A DNA stretch of 63,952 nt, the filler included, from Pelomyxa schiedti (taxonomy: Eukaryota > Protista > Evosea), in assembly GCA_020536535.1 (NCBI GenBank). It is 9 parts of 9 records of this genome, joined end to end, with 100 filler letters (N's around TTAATTAATTAA, not from the genome) between each part and the next. Parts side by side here need not be neighbours in the genome. Positions count along the whole stretch, not along the records: positions 1 to 25,792 come from JAHLWZ010000597.1; 8 more parts are not named here. One strand, written 5' to 3'. The notes below the pieces were generated by a model. That model was not told the origin of the DNA. It ran no database searches and saw nothing but the letters and a program-made list of their open reading frames with translations. Position 1 is the stretch's first letter; each line of letters opens with the position of its first letter. The position numbers and the translations under genes are program-made. Shown piece by piece: positions 1-9,130 of this stretch.

Positions 1-261
1 TATACAACTACCACGTGTCAACCCTGCCCCAAAATTTGGCCCTGCTCGAATTAAGGAGGAACGTTGGTCTTCCAACTCAATCGAAGATTGACTTGGAAGC
101 TGTGATCCCTCCCAATCACATTTACCACCCTCCATAAACACCGGGGAGAAGACCCGGACCATCACATAACCGCCTTTGATCAGTAACACACATAATGTAG
201 CAGCCTCACCATAACCACACAACCAATTTCAACACACGCCTGCCGTTTGTGTGGGCTTAAC

Positions 262-332
262 CCCTCTGTTGTTTAGTGGCAGAATACTTGTTTAGGGTAC
301 AAGTGGCCCCGGTTCGATTCCGGGCAGAGCCC
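262..332 (+). pseudogene. 5'-damaged tRNA-Pro(AGG) copy
   Basis: Identical to the tRNA-Pro at 1070/15110 from base 264 on, but the first two bases are CC instead of GG, breaking two acceptor-stem pairs. Upstream sequence is unrelated. Confidence 0.8.
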
Positions 333-381
333 AACAAACTTTTTGCCCTCTTGTGCCCTTGTCTTTGTTTTCTAGCAACAG

Positions 382-685
382 ATGTCGCGGTCGTACAACA
401 GTGGTGGTGTTACGCAGACCACAGGCTCGGGAGGGGGCGTACAGCTGCAGCTGCCCTCAACTCAATCAACAAGGGTCCCTTACGAGTTCCTGTCACCATC
501 CAACACCCACAACAACCAGCAAATACCGTCAGCAAATAGGCCCCCCTCCAACGAGTACTACGAAGACGACGACGACGAGGAGGACTACGACCGGCCCGTT
601 CACGCCACCCAGCAGCAGCCGCAGCGCGGCACCACCTCCCATAATAGAAACCGCGCCACAACCCAGCAGCAACAGCACAGGCCGC
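382..685 (+). CDS. 5' fragment of Q-rich hypothetical protein (near-identical copy or allele of 15230..16224), cut by gap
   Basis: MSRSYNSGG... matches the 15230 gene except for small indels in AAC/GAC triplet runs. Ends at the N gap 686-785. Confidence 0.7.
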
Positions 686-875
686 NNNNNNNNNNNNNNN
701 NNNNNNNNNNNNNNNNNNNNNNNNNNNNNNNNNNNNNNNNNNNNNNNNNNNNNNNNNNNNNNNNNNNNNNNNNNNNNNNNNNNNNGGCACCCATAGCCAG
801 AAATACCAACTGAAACCGAAACCAACGTCCGCTTCGAGGCTTTCTAACTCATAGTACCCAGCAAAAAATTAAGTG

Positions 876-948
876 AGGCTCCAGTGGGAATCGAACCCGC
901 GATCTTCGCTTTACGAGAGCGACGCTTTGCCAACTAAGCCATGAAGCC
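876..948 (-). tRNA. tRNA-Thr(CGT)
   Basis: Reverse complement folds as a cloverleaf: GGCTTCA/TGGAGCC acceptor, GCTT/AAGC D stem, TCGCT-CTCGTAA-AGCGA anticodon arm, TTCGATT T loop, U discriminator, T6 terminator downstream. Confidence 0.95.
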
Positions 949-1069
949 TTTACGCTCGGCAATTACCAGCTCAGTTCACCTAGAAATGGGACCAAGTTGG
1001 AGAGACAACACAAAACGGAACGTGAAATGGTCAATAAAAAATGCATGCCTGTAAAGTGGGCTGTGCCAA

Positions 1070-1140
1070 GGCTCTGTTGTTTAGTGGCAGAATACTTGTT
1101 TAGGGTACAAGTGGCCCCGGTTCGATTCCGGGCAGAGCCC
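1070..1140 (+). tRNA. tRNA-Pro(AGG)
   Basis: GGCTCTG/CAGAGCC acceptor, CTTGT-TTAGGGT-ACAAG anticodon arm, CCCGG-TTCGATT-CCGGG T arm, followed by a poly-T Pol III terminator. Confidence 0.95.
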
Positions 1141-1278
1141 AATAAACTTTTTTTTTATTTTCTTGCGTTGTCTTGGCTTTTTGGGGGCTCCCCAAAAGAC
1201 ATGTGCATTCTTTCAGTGCGTCGCAAACAGGTTTTTTGTCCCATCTTGCGAGTATTTTTCTGATATTTGTGTAAAGGG

Positions 1279-3199
1279 ATGCGTATTTCCTACAGGGTAA
1301 CGGTTGTGGTGTGGTTGTGTATCTTATGGGGCTGCGCCTGGGCACAGTGGTGCACAGAGCCAGCCATTGTACAACATTACTGGACGGGCATTTATGGGCA
1401 CTTCGAGACCACACAGTACGGCTCTTTAAATGACAATGACAATGACACCTACACCGGGCTCTGCGGCTCGTCTCAGCTCCCCGGTAAAAAACGCGTTGCA
1501 AACAAAAAAAAACCAACAACACCGACGCGTCCGGCAAAGTAAACTTTTTTTTTTGCCTAACGATAAATGACCGGCAGATGCGTGGTACACGTTCCAGCCA
1601 ACTGTTTCTGGTCAACTTGTTGCTTCTACTTGTGGAACCACTTGGGATACTGTAATCGAGGTTTGTTTGTTTGTTTGTTTGTTTGTTTGTTTGTTTGTTT
1701 GTTTGTTTGTTTGTTTGTTTGTTTGTTTGTTTGCTTTTCCTGTTCTCCCACACAAATGGCCTATCTGTTCCTTATCTTGGGCAATTGTCCACACAACAGG
1801 TGCAGGGCGGCACTACATGCAGCGGGCGTGTCTGCGAGGCGACGGATGACGATGGTTGCGCTTATGCTTCCATTGTCACTCTGTCTGCCAGCGCATATAC
1901 GTTCTACAACATACGGATACGCCCGTGGGCGTACTATTCTACAACGGCCCATTTTATGTTCACTCTTGAGTTTACTCCTGCAGGAGTTCAATCAACATCC
2001 GAGTCGTCTTCAAGCTCACACAATACTCAACATAGTAATGAGAGTGATGATGAGTGTAAGCTTCGTTCCTGTCCCTTCAATTCATCTTACCACTATTTTA
2101 TGCGCAAAGTCTGCCCGGACCGGGTCTTTATTTGGGATGAGGGGTCTTCAACTTACTACTTGACATCAGGCAATGATGTTAACACTGGTGATTGCTGGGA
2201 TGACGAATTGATCTTTGAGTACGGTGAGACAATTGCAATTATAATTAATTCCGGAATAACAAAACAATAAGTAACTCTCACACAGGCATGTGGTTTGAGT
2301 TTTTTACTGATGACTCTTCAAAACTCTCGATATGTTCCGACTGGCCAATCACCCTCATTGTAAGAAGAAACCTCAGAGTAGAGATCTTCTAATGATTTTT
2401 TATAGTTCGTCAGAAATTTATGTGAGAGCTCTTCTACGCCATACTGCTATTATACAGCTTCAAGCAACTGGAAAGGTTGGGATGATTGCGAATACCAAAT
2501 TGAAGTTGACGTGGGCTCAAATTATGATTGGAATCTCAGATTCTTAGTCAAATCGTAATGAGTCCCTATTTTTTTTTACCTTAAAAAATGACTCTTGTAA
2601 AGGCAGCATACTGATACGATAACTGTGAGTACATATACATATGAGTGGTCATCCTCCCATGAATGGTACCACTTTCCATGTAATGTCTCAAATTATTTCC
2701 GAACCGCATTTTAACTTTTCTCAGTCTGGCTTGTGGTTCTGGCCTTCAGTCTCCTGTTCTTAAGTCTTGGATTATTCTGTTTGCTTGGGGCTTACTGCTG
2801 CCACAAAAGAATCGCAAATAGGAGGTAGCCACCCATCCTACTTTTCCATTTTTTTGTTAATATATTGGAAGGAGGGAGCAATTCCAACACCTGGATGTCC
2901 AGAATGACCTGGTTGAAATTCCTTACATAAACAGACAACCGGCCTCAACAGAGACTACTCAGCCTTACAATTTAAGTCCCTCCGTGATAGCACCTCCCAG
3001 TGTGGAACCGTATGTGAACCTTCAGTTGCTTTTCAATTTCCCTCACACACTTCACAGACCATTCACACCTTTGTATGGATATGTTTCGTTCTTTCAACAA
3101 CAACAACAGCAGCTTATCGTTCCCCCAACACAACCACCACCCCAATTGTATCCCACGATTACTCTGCCATCTCTCACCCCAACAACCAGCAACAATTGA
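1279..3199 (+). CDS. Multi-exon type I membrane protein with a PPC-like (pre-peptidase C-terminal-like) beta domain
   Basis: Signal peptide MRISYRVTVVVWLCILWGCAWA. Spliced exons give DAWYTF...STCGTTWDTVIEVQGG...DDDGC...YNIRI, then an S/T-rich linker, a Cys-rich segment, a TM helix (VWLVVLAFSLLFLSLGLFCLLGAYCC) and a P/Q-rich tail. Confidence 0.65.
1661..1732 (+). repeat. (GTTT)18 microsatellite at an intron 5' end
   Basis: Perfect tetranucleotide repeat starting at the GT donor. Confidence 0.95.
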
Positions 3200-3251
3200 G
3201 CTACCCTTTGTATTTTTTTTTGGCAAGTTCGAAAAGTTTTATTTTATGGCA

Positions 3252-3570
3252 TCAAGGCAAAGTCCAAACACCCACTAGGCCATGAATATCAGGGGGAGTA
3301 AGGCACAGCACAACAAACACCAGAGGGTGCATCTATCACCTTCAGTTGTTGTTCCTCCACACTTGTCTGAGAACGATTCACCAAATTTCTTGTCGAAAAG
3401 TGCGCCAACGGCGCACTTTGTGTTTCGAAGAGGACTTTTCACGTGACCCGAAGTGCGCCACACCGTGTCGTCAATGGGGGGGCGAATTCCTTTACCAAAT
3501 TTGGGACTGCAGTGGTGCTGTGACATCGATGGTGATGAGTGTGCCTGACGAACGCGACCCTGACGAGTTC
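3252..3570. pseudogene. Rearranged remnant of the HPRCG-family 3' end
   Basis: 3252-3360 (-) encodes VEEQQLKVIDA...VLCLTPPDIHGLVGVWTLP* with a frameshift. 3478-3570 (+) encodes GGEFLYQIWDCSGAVTSMVMSVPDERDP. Both match the genes at 6366 and 7917. Confidence 0.75.
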
Positions 3571-3571
3571 A

Positions 3572-4780
3572 TCAGTCACAAAGCAAGTGAAGATGGCGGA
3601 CAGGAAAGAAATGTGGAGCAGACACAGTCAGAATGTTGGTGTGAGTGATTGGATCAACGAGTGTGACTTCAAAGCTTCCAACCCTCACCACAGTCAGATT
3701 CCTCGAGGAGTTCTTGAGCTTATAGTATGACTCTCCAGGATCACCATGGTGCTGTGGCCACACCTGTATCGCTTCAGTGCTGCGTGCATCGCCGTAGCCA
3801 TTCACACACACAAAGACCTTTCCCTCCCACGACCACATGGATGGGTGAGATCCGGGAGCCGAATGTTGCAGGTTACACTCACACTCAACAAAGCACATGA
3901 ACTTGGATGCGTGGGAAGCGGCAAGGTCAACGAGGAGCAGCTCAGTTTGGAACTGCAGGATTGCAAGGGTGTTATCGTCAACCATTGCAGCTGCATCACT
4001 GTTGATGTCCAGCTGGAATGTGACCATGTTGTTGTTATTATTGTCACTGGTAGCCATTTTGTTGTTTGATGCTGTTTTGGCACTTTTAATTGATAATTCC
4101 AAAGAAGGTATATCCAACTTCCACAACAGCATGCTTCTCACTTTGAGCACGATGAGCCAGTTTGATCTATAAAGCACTTTGTCATTTGGGCCAACCCATG
4201 CTCCCATAATGGGCCAGCGAAACAATCCACTGCTCTCCTGGCCAGAGTCAATGTCAACCAACACCACATTTCCATCCTCACCGTCGTAATCGCTGTTGTG
4301 AGTCTCAATGCCATTTCCACAGAATTCACAGCAATCACTGATGATGGGACCATGCACAACGAGGAACATTCCAGCGGCCACACCTAGTGCCTCACACTCA
4401 CACATCAACGCCACAGCCCTGTGTGACACAACGCCAAGAGTGTGAGTGACCCAGACACTCACAACAATGGAGGTTGCCTGGCCCAGTTCCCCTCTTCCTG
4501 CCTGGTCGTTATCGCTGGCAGGGATTATGGGATCCCCGGGGCCGGCGGATGTGTCGCGACCGACGCTGAAGAGGATGCGTCGATTCGGTTGCATGACCCA
4601 GTCTCGACCAATGAGGGACAACAACGGTGGGGTGAGCGACGACACGTCGGAAGCGGCACCGCACCGTCCCACAATTACACCTGCGCCGAGGGCAACAAAC
4701 TGACCCAGCGCATCGAGGTACACACTGCCGGGCAAACGACTGAGGAGGAGCGCATCTTTAAATGGCCGTCGTTGCATCAT
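3572..4780 (-). CDS. Intronless lineage-specific family protein (N-terminal RCG motif, beta-rich body)
   Basis: Long ORF, first ATG at 4780. Motif ALGQFVALGAGVIVGRCG..S...LTPPLLSLIGRDWVM is shared with its neighbours. Confidence 0.75.
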   Translation of the reverse strand: MMQRRPFKDALLLSRLPGSVYLDALGQFVALGAGVIVGRCGAASDVSSLTPPLLSLIGRDWVMQPNRRILFSVGRDTSAGPGDPIIPASDNDQAGRGELGQATSIVVSVWVTHTLGVVSHRAVALMCECEALGVAAGMFLVVHGPIISDCCEFCGNGIETHNSDYDGEDGNVVLVDIDSGQESSGLFRWPIMGAWVGPNDKVLYRSNWLIVLKVRSMLLWKLDIPSLELSIKSAKTASNNKMATSDNNNNNMVTFQLDINSDAAAMVDDNTLAILQFQTELLLVDLAASHASKFMCFVECECNLQHSAPGSHPSMWSWEGKVFVCVNGYGDARSTEAIQVWPQHHGDPGESYYKLKNSSRNLTVVRVGSFEVTLVDPITHTNILTVSAPHFFPVRHLHLLCD

Positions 4781-4904
4781 CAAAGTCGCACGAAACGTAT
4801 AAAATGGTTCGTGCTCACCGTTGGCATCTTGGGTTGAAGGCCATTTCACAGACCCTGCAGATGGAATTCGTTGTAAAATTCGTATTTTTTGGACAGAAGA
4901 ATGT

Positions 4905-6167
4905 TTAATTCATTCTCAGGAACAAGAAGGGAGATTCTGTGTTGGAATGGGGGAGGAATGGTTGGCGCAACAGCCAAGTGCCAGTGACTGCATCAACAAG
5001 GTCAAAGCACCCCTCCTGTTGCATCATCAATGCAATGAAGCCATTCCCGCACTTGAACTCCCCATCGAGGGTGAAGATCCTGACTGGTCTCTCAAACTCA
5101 TCAGTTGAGAAAACACTCAGTGTGTTGTTGGTGATGTCCTCTTCTGCAAAGTGTGTGGAATCCACCTTGTGTATCACCCAGTTTGAGCAAGTGTGCAAGA
5201 CTTTGAGTGGACGAAGTGACCTGAGGCCAACCACAGGGGTTCCAGGGTCGCTCTTTTTTCTCTCATTCATTGGCACAATCAACTTGTGGTCTTTGGAGTG
5301 GAAAACCATGCCTTTAATGGTGCCAAATGCAGGGACCGAGTCCGTGACCACAAGTTGGCCTGAGTCATAACTCTTTTCCAAGTCAACACAGAGCATATGA
5401 AATCTGCGGTGGCTGTCTTCAATCCTTATCAACAGTGCCGCTTCGTTGTCGTTGATCATATCCACCAACTGTATCTCCCCTGTCACGTACACGCCTTTAG
5501 TCACTCCTCCTCCTCCATGCAACAACAATCCAAGTGGCCGTATCAAGATCGTATGTGCACTGTAATCGAACAGTTTGCACAGAACAGCCCAGTTCCTCCC
5601 CTTGCGAACATCGAGGTACCCACGGGGGATGTTGCCACTCACCACCTCCTCGACCGCCGTCATCTCCACAGGGTCCACGACTTCGATGTTGGACCTGGCC
5701 CCGATCGGCAGGCCGCAGCCGACGCCGACCCACTCGAACACCCCCTCGATGTGCGTGATCCCGCACCACCCCCGCAGCCCCACCACGCCCAGCGTCAGCG
5801 ACACGCCAACGACCACCACGTTTGTCTCTGCGTGGGTGTTGGCGGCAGCGGCGGCGGCGGGGGCGGCGGAGGAGGAGGAGGCCACCAAGTGGCGGCCGCT
5901 GATGAGGAGCTGCCTGTCCACGTGCATGACGAGCCTCTGGCCGATGTCGCAGGCGAGGACGGCGTGGGGCACGAGGGACGCGGGGCAGCCGCGGGCGCCG
6001 CAGCGAGGCACCACGACGCAGGCGAGCAGCGCGGCGAGCTGGTCGCGTGCCCACAGCACGTGATGGGGCGCCGCGAGTGTCCCACGCACGGCAACCCGCT
6101 GTGGCTGTGGTGGTGCCGGTTGTGGTTGCTGTTGTTGTCGAGGTAGTGGTGGTTCCTCCTTGTTCAT
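4905..6167 (-). CDS. Intronless lineage-specific family protein (RCG motif)
   Basis: 420-aa ORF with ARDQLAALLACVVVPRCG and a C-terminal VDSTHF...GNGF...DLVDAVTGTWLL motif shared with paralogues. Confidence 0.8.
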   Translation of the reverse strand: MNKEEPPLPRQQQQPQPAPPQPQRVAVRGTLAAPHHVLWARDQLAALLACVVVPRCGARGCPASLVPHAVLACDIGQRLVMHVDRQLLISGRHLVASSSSAAPAAAAAANTHAETNVVVVGVSLTLGVVGLRGWCGITHIEGVFEWVGVGCGLPIGARSNIEVVDPVEMTAVEEVVSGNIPRGYLDVRKGRNWAVLCKLFDYSAHTILIRPLGLLLHGGGGVTKGVYVTGEIQLVDMINDNEAALLIRIEDSHRRFHMLCVDLEKSYDSGQLVVTDSVPAFGTIKGMVFHSKDHKLIVPMNERKKSDPGTPVVGLRSLRPLKVLHTCSNWVIHKVDSTHFAEEDITNNTLSVFSTDEFERPVRIFTLDGEFKCGNGFIALMMQQEGCFDLVDAVTGTWLLRQPFLPHSNTESPFLFLRMN

Positions 6168-6365
6168 TGTTGTTTGGTTATGCCGAAATTGTGGAGCTCG
6201 CCAGAGTTAGAAGTGATCGGAACCTTTTGATCGTGAAGGCTCTGTAACCTCTCTCACCCGTGAACAAACACCAACAGGGGAGGCTGTGAAAAAACCAAAA
6301 AAGTGCACATGGAAACTTTAATGCTTTTACTTTGACTTAAGCCTGGTATTGTTGTTTTGCTGGCA

Positions 6366-7742
6366 TCAAGGCAAAGTCCAAACACCATCAAGAACAGCAT
6401 GGCACAGCACAACAACACCAGAGGATGCATCAATCACTTTCATTTGTTGTTCCTCCACAGTGAAAAGGAACCCTGACTCTGCTGCGGCAACACAATGGAG
6501 GTACACATCGCCGTTGACAGGCACACTCGCCACCATCGATGTCACTGCGCCACTGCAATCCCAAATTTGGTAAAGGAATTCGCAATCCTCACGGGAATTG
6601 AAGCTGAGACAGAACTGCGAGTCACTCACACGATACAGGCTCTGTATGCCTGCCCTCCCATCAATCAGAACTCTCATGGTGCCAGTTTTTTCCTCCACCT
6701 CAATGACTTCACATGTTGGGCGGTGACGTGCCCGTGTGGGCACCCTGCTAAACACAATGAAACAGTGTGATCCACTCTTTCTCTTCAGTGGAAGCACTGA
6801 AACTAAACTTGAGTGTGCTGTTAAGCCGCACCTGGTCTCACTCACAACCACCTGGCTCTTGGATTTGTATGCACCCTCAACATCAAACAAGATCAACCTG
6901 GTTTCGACTGGATCATTCCTAAACATGATTCCACTCCCCCAATTCTTCCTCAACACCACAGCAAGCATCTCACTCGAATTGGACTTGGAAAAAGACAGCA
7001 GCTTCACATAGTAATCAGCAGCACTGCACTCCCCAGATAGCGGAACCACAACCCTGTCAGGATCAGGCTGGGCAGCAGTATCCCCCGTCACGCTCATGAT
7101 CACAACGCCAACCATTCCCCCGCACCTGTCCCTCACCAGCGCGTCACCGTCGCCACTCTCGCCCTCGCACTCAGCCACGCTCCCAACGAACCACCTCCAG
7201 TTCCCCTCACATGCAACATAGTACCCCACAACGTCCTCCGCCTGCCACAGCAGCCACTCTCTGGCCTCACCGTCCCCTCTCGCGGTTGCCCCGCCACCGC
7301 CACCACAGTCATGGAGCGTCACACTGAAGCCCGGCGCCGGCGCCCCCCTTCGCGTCTCACCAACCCACCGAGTGGGGCTCACCCACCACGCCGCGCCGCC
7401 GCCCTGGTTCGCGGCGCCCCCCTTCGCGTGCGGCCTGGGCTCTCTCGTGAGCCGCAGCAGCAGGGGAGACACTGAGAACGTGGTGAGCTGGTGGCTGACA
7501 ATCTCCCTGAAGACGAAGTTTGTGGCGGTCTCGGTGACGAAGGACCAGAGGAGCCTGGCGACGAGCGAGCCGTCGGCGGAGAGGGCGGCCCTGGCTCCTG
7601 GAGTGAGCCGCGAACCGCACCGCGGGTGGCCGCCGAACACCAACGCGGCGATAGGGTCGGTGGGCCGACCCCCCCACGCACCAACAGTTGAGCCACGACA
7701 CCCATTAGGGGGAGTAGATATGTCGTCGTTGGTTTGCATCAT
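6366..7742 (-). CDS. Intronless lineage-specific family protein (HPRCG motif)
   Basis: 458-aa ORF, close paralogue of 7917 and 9131 (RLLWSFVTETAT, LYRVSDSQFCL, QIWDC, ESGFLF). Confidence 0.85.
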   Translation of the reverse strand: MMQTNDDISTPPNGCRGSTVGAWGGRPTDPIAALVFGGHPRCGSRLTPGARAALSADGSLVARLLWSFVTETATNFVFREIVSHQLTTFSVSPLLLRLTREPRPHAKGGAANQGGGAAWWVSPTRWVGETRRGAPAPGFSVTLHDCGGGGGATARGDGEAREWLLWQAEDVVGYYVACEGNWRWFVGSVAECEGESGDGDALVRDRCGGMVGVVIMSVTGDTAAQPDPDRVVVPLSGECSAADYYVKLLSFSKSNSSEMLAVVLRKNWGSGIMFRNDPVETRLILFDVEGAYKSKSQVVVSETRCGLTAHSSLVSVLPLKRKSGSHCFIVFSRVPTRARHRPTCEVIEVEEKTGTMRVLIDGRAGIQSLYRVSDSQFCLSFNSREDCEFLYQIWDCSGAVTSMVASVPVNGDVYLHCVAAAESGFLFTVEEQQMKVIDASSGVVVLCHAVLDGVWTLP

Positions 7743-7916
7743 TTTTTTTCGGTTTTTTTGTGATGTCGTACAACGAAGTACAGTTCCATCTCCTTCGCGG
7801 CAAGCGTTGGATGCTAAATTTCCTTTTCAGCAGAAGGAAGGTTCTTCGCGGGGTCTCAAGGCAAAGCCCACACACCAACTACTATTGTAGCGATGCTCCC
7901 CCACAGTGAAAATGTG

Positions 7917-9083
7917 TCAGGGTACATTTTGGTGCTCCCCCACAGTGAAAATGGACCCTGACTCTGCAGCGACACCACAATAGTAGTTGAACAGACCAGG
8001 GTCGCGTTTGTCAGGCGCACTCATCACCATTGATGTCACAGCACCACTGCAATCCCAGATTTGGTAAAGGGAACCTCCACCATTGAAACTGAGACAGAAC
8101 TGTGAGTCACTCACGCGATACAGGCTTATTATTCTTTGGTCACCCTCACTCAAAACTTTCGTGGTGCCAGTTGTTTCCTCCACCTCAATGACTTGAGATA
8201 TGCCGCTTCTCGCTTTGCTTGAATACACCCTGCCAAGCACAATGAAGCAGTGTGATCCACTCTTTCTCTGCAGTGGAAGCACCGAAAGTAAATCTGTGTG
8301 TTCTGTGAATCTGAACTTGGTATCACTCACGATCACTGGACTCTTGCAGTTGTATGCACTCTCAACATCAAACAAGATCCATCTGGTCTCAATGGGATCA
8401 TTCCTCGACACGATACCACTCTCCCTATTCTTCCTCAGCACCACAGCCAGCATCTCATTCGAATGGTACCTTGAAAACGACAGCAGCTTCACATAGTAAT
8501 CATCGGCACAGCACTCCCCAGAGATCGGAACCACGACCCTGTCAGGATCAGGCTTGTCAGCTTCCCCCACCACGCTCACGATCACAACGCCAACCATTCC
8601 CCCGCACCTGTCCCTCACCGTCGCACCATCACCATCACCATTCTCTCCGTCGGCGTTGGCAACAAACCACCTCCCGTTCACATCGCACGCGGCGTAGCAC
8701 CCCAGGAGACCGTCCCTCGCTGCCCACAGCAAGCACCCCCCGCCGCCGCGGCCCTCGTTGTTGTCGTGGAGCACCCACCTGCAGCCGGATGGGTGGAGCG
8801 AGTGCAGGAGATCCACCCAACGGGTGGGGCTGTCCCACCACGTGGCGGCGCCGGCCATGCCCACGCCGCCCTGCGGGTGGGGCCTGGGGCCCATCATCAG
8901 GCTCTGCAGCAGGGGAGACACGGAGAAGGCGTGCGGCCTGGCCCTCGGGCGCCCGCTGGGGTCGAACAACTCCCCGAACACGAGGTTGGTGGCGGTCTCG
9001 GTGACGAAGGCCCACAGGAGCCTGGCTACGGCAGCGAGGGCGTGCCTGGCCCCTGGTGGTGTGTTGCTTCTTGTTGCTTGCAT
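7917..9083 (-). CDS. HPRCG-family paralogue lacking the HPRCG motif and with a truncated C-terminus (possible pseudogene)
   Basis: 388-aa ORF. The N-terminal motif is missing and the C-terminus is replaced by a templated insertion; the original GVWALP* end lies downstream near 7855-7875. Confidence 0.7.
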   Translation of the reverse strand: MQATRSNTPPGARHALAAVARLLWAFVTETATNLVFGELFDPSGRPRARPHAFSVSPLLQSLMMGPRPHPQGGVGMAGAATWWDSPTRWVDLLHSLHPSGCRWVLHDNNEGRGGGGCLLWAARDGLLGCYAACDVNGRWFVANADGENGDGDGATVRDRCGGMVGVVIVSVVGEADKPDPDRVVVPISGECCADDYYVKLLSFSRYHSNEMLAVVLRKNRESGIVSRNDPIETRWILFDVESAYNCKSPVIVSDTKFRFTEHTDLLSVLPLQRKSGSHCFIVLGRVYSSKARSGISQVIEVEETTGTTKVLSEGDQRIISLYRVSDSQFCLSFNGGGSLYQIWDCSGAVTSMVMSAPDKRDPGLFNYYCGVAAESGSIFTVGEHQNVP

Positions 9084-9130
9084 TTTTTTTACGTGTTCTT
9101 TCTACCTGAAAGGACAAGCAACGGATGGGG

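Noticed and set aside
257-263. TTAACCC as a piggyBac end
   Set aside because: It runs straight into tRNA sequence, with no matching TIR or transposase.
276-539. ORFs overlapping tRNA genes (also 997, 14714, 15085)
   Set aside because: Translations of tRNA sequence with no protein features.
1098-1106. TTAGGG telomere-like or TTA suppressor anticodon in tRNA-Pro
   Set aside because: Stem pairing centres the 7-nt loop on AGG, so it is an ordinary Pro anticodon.
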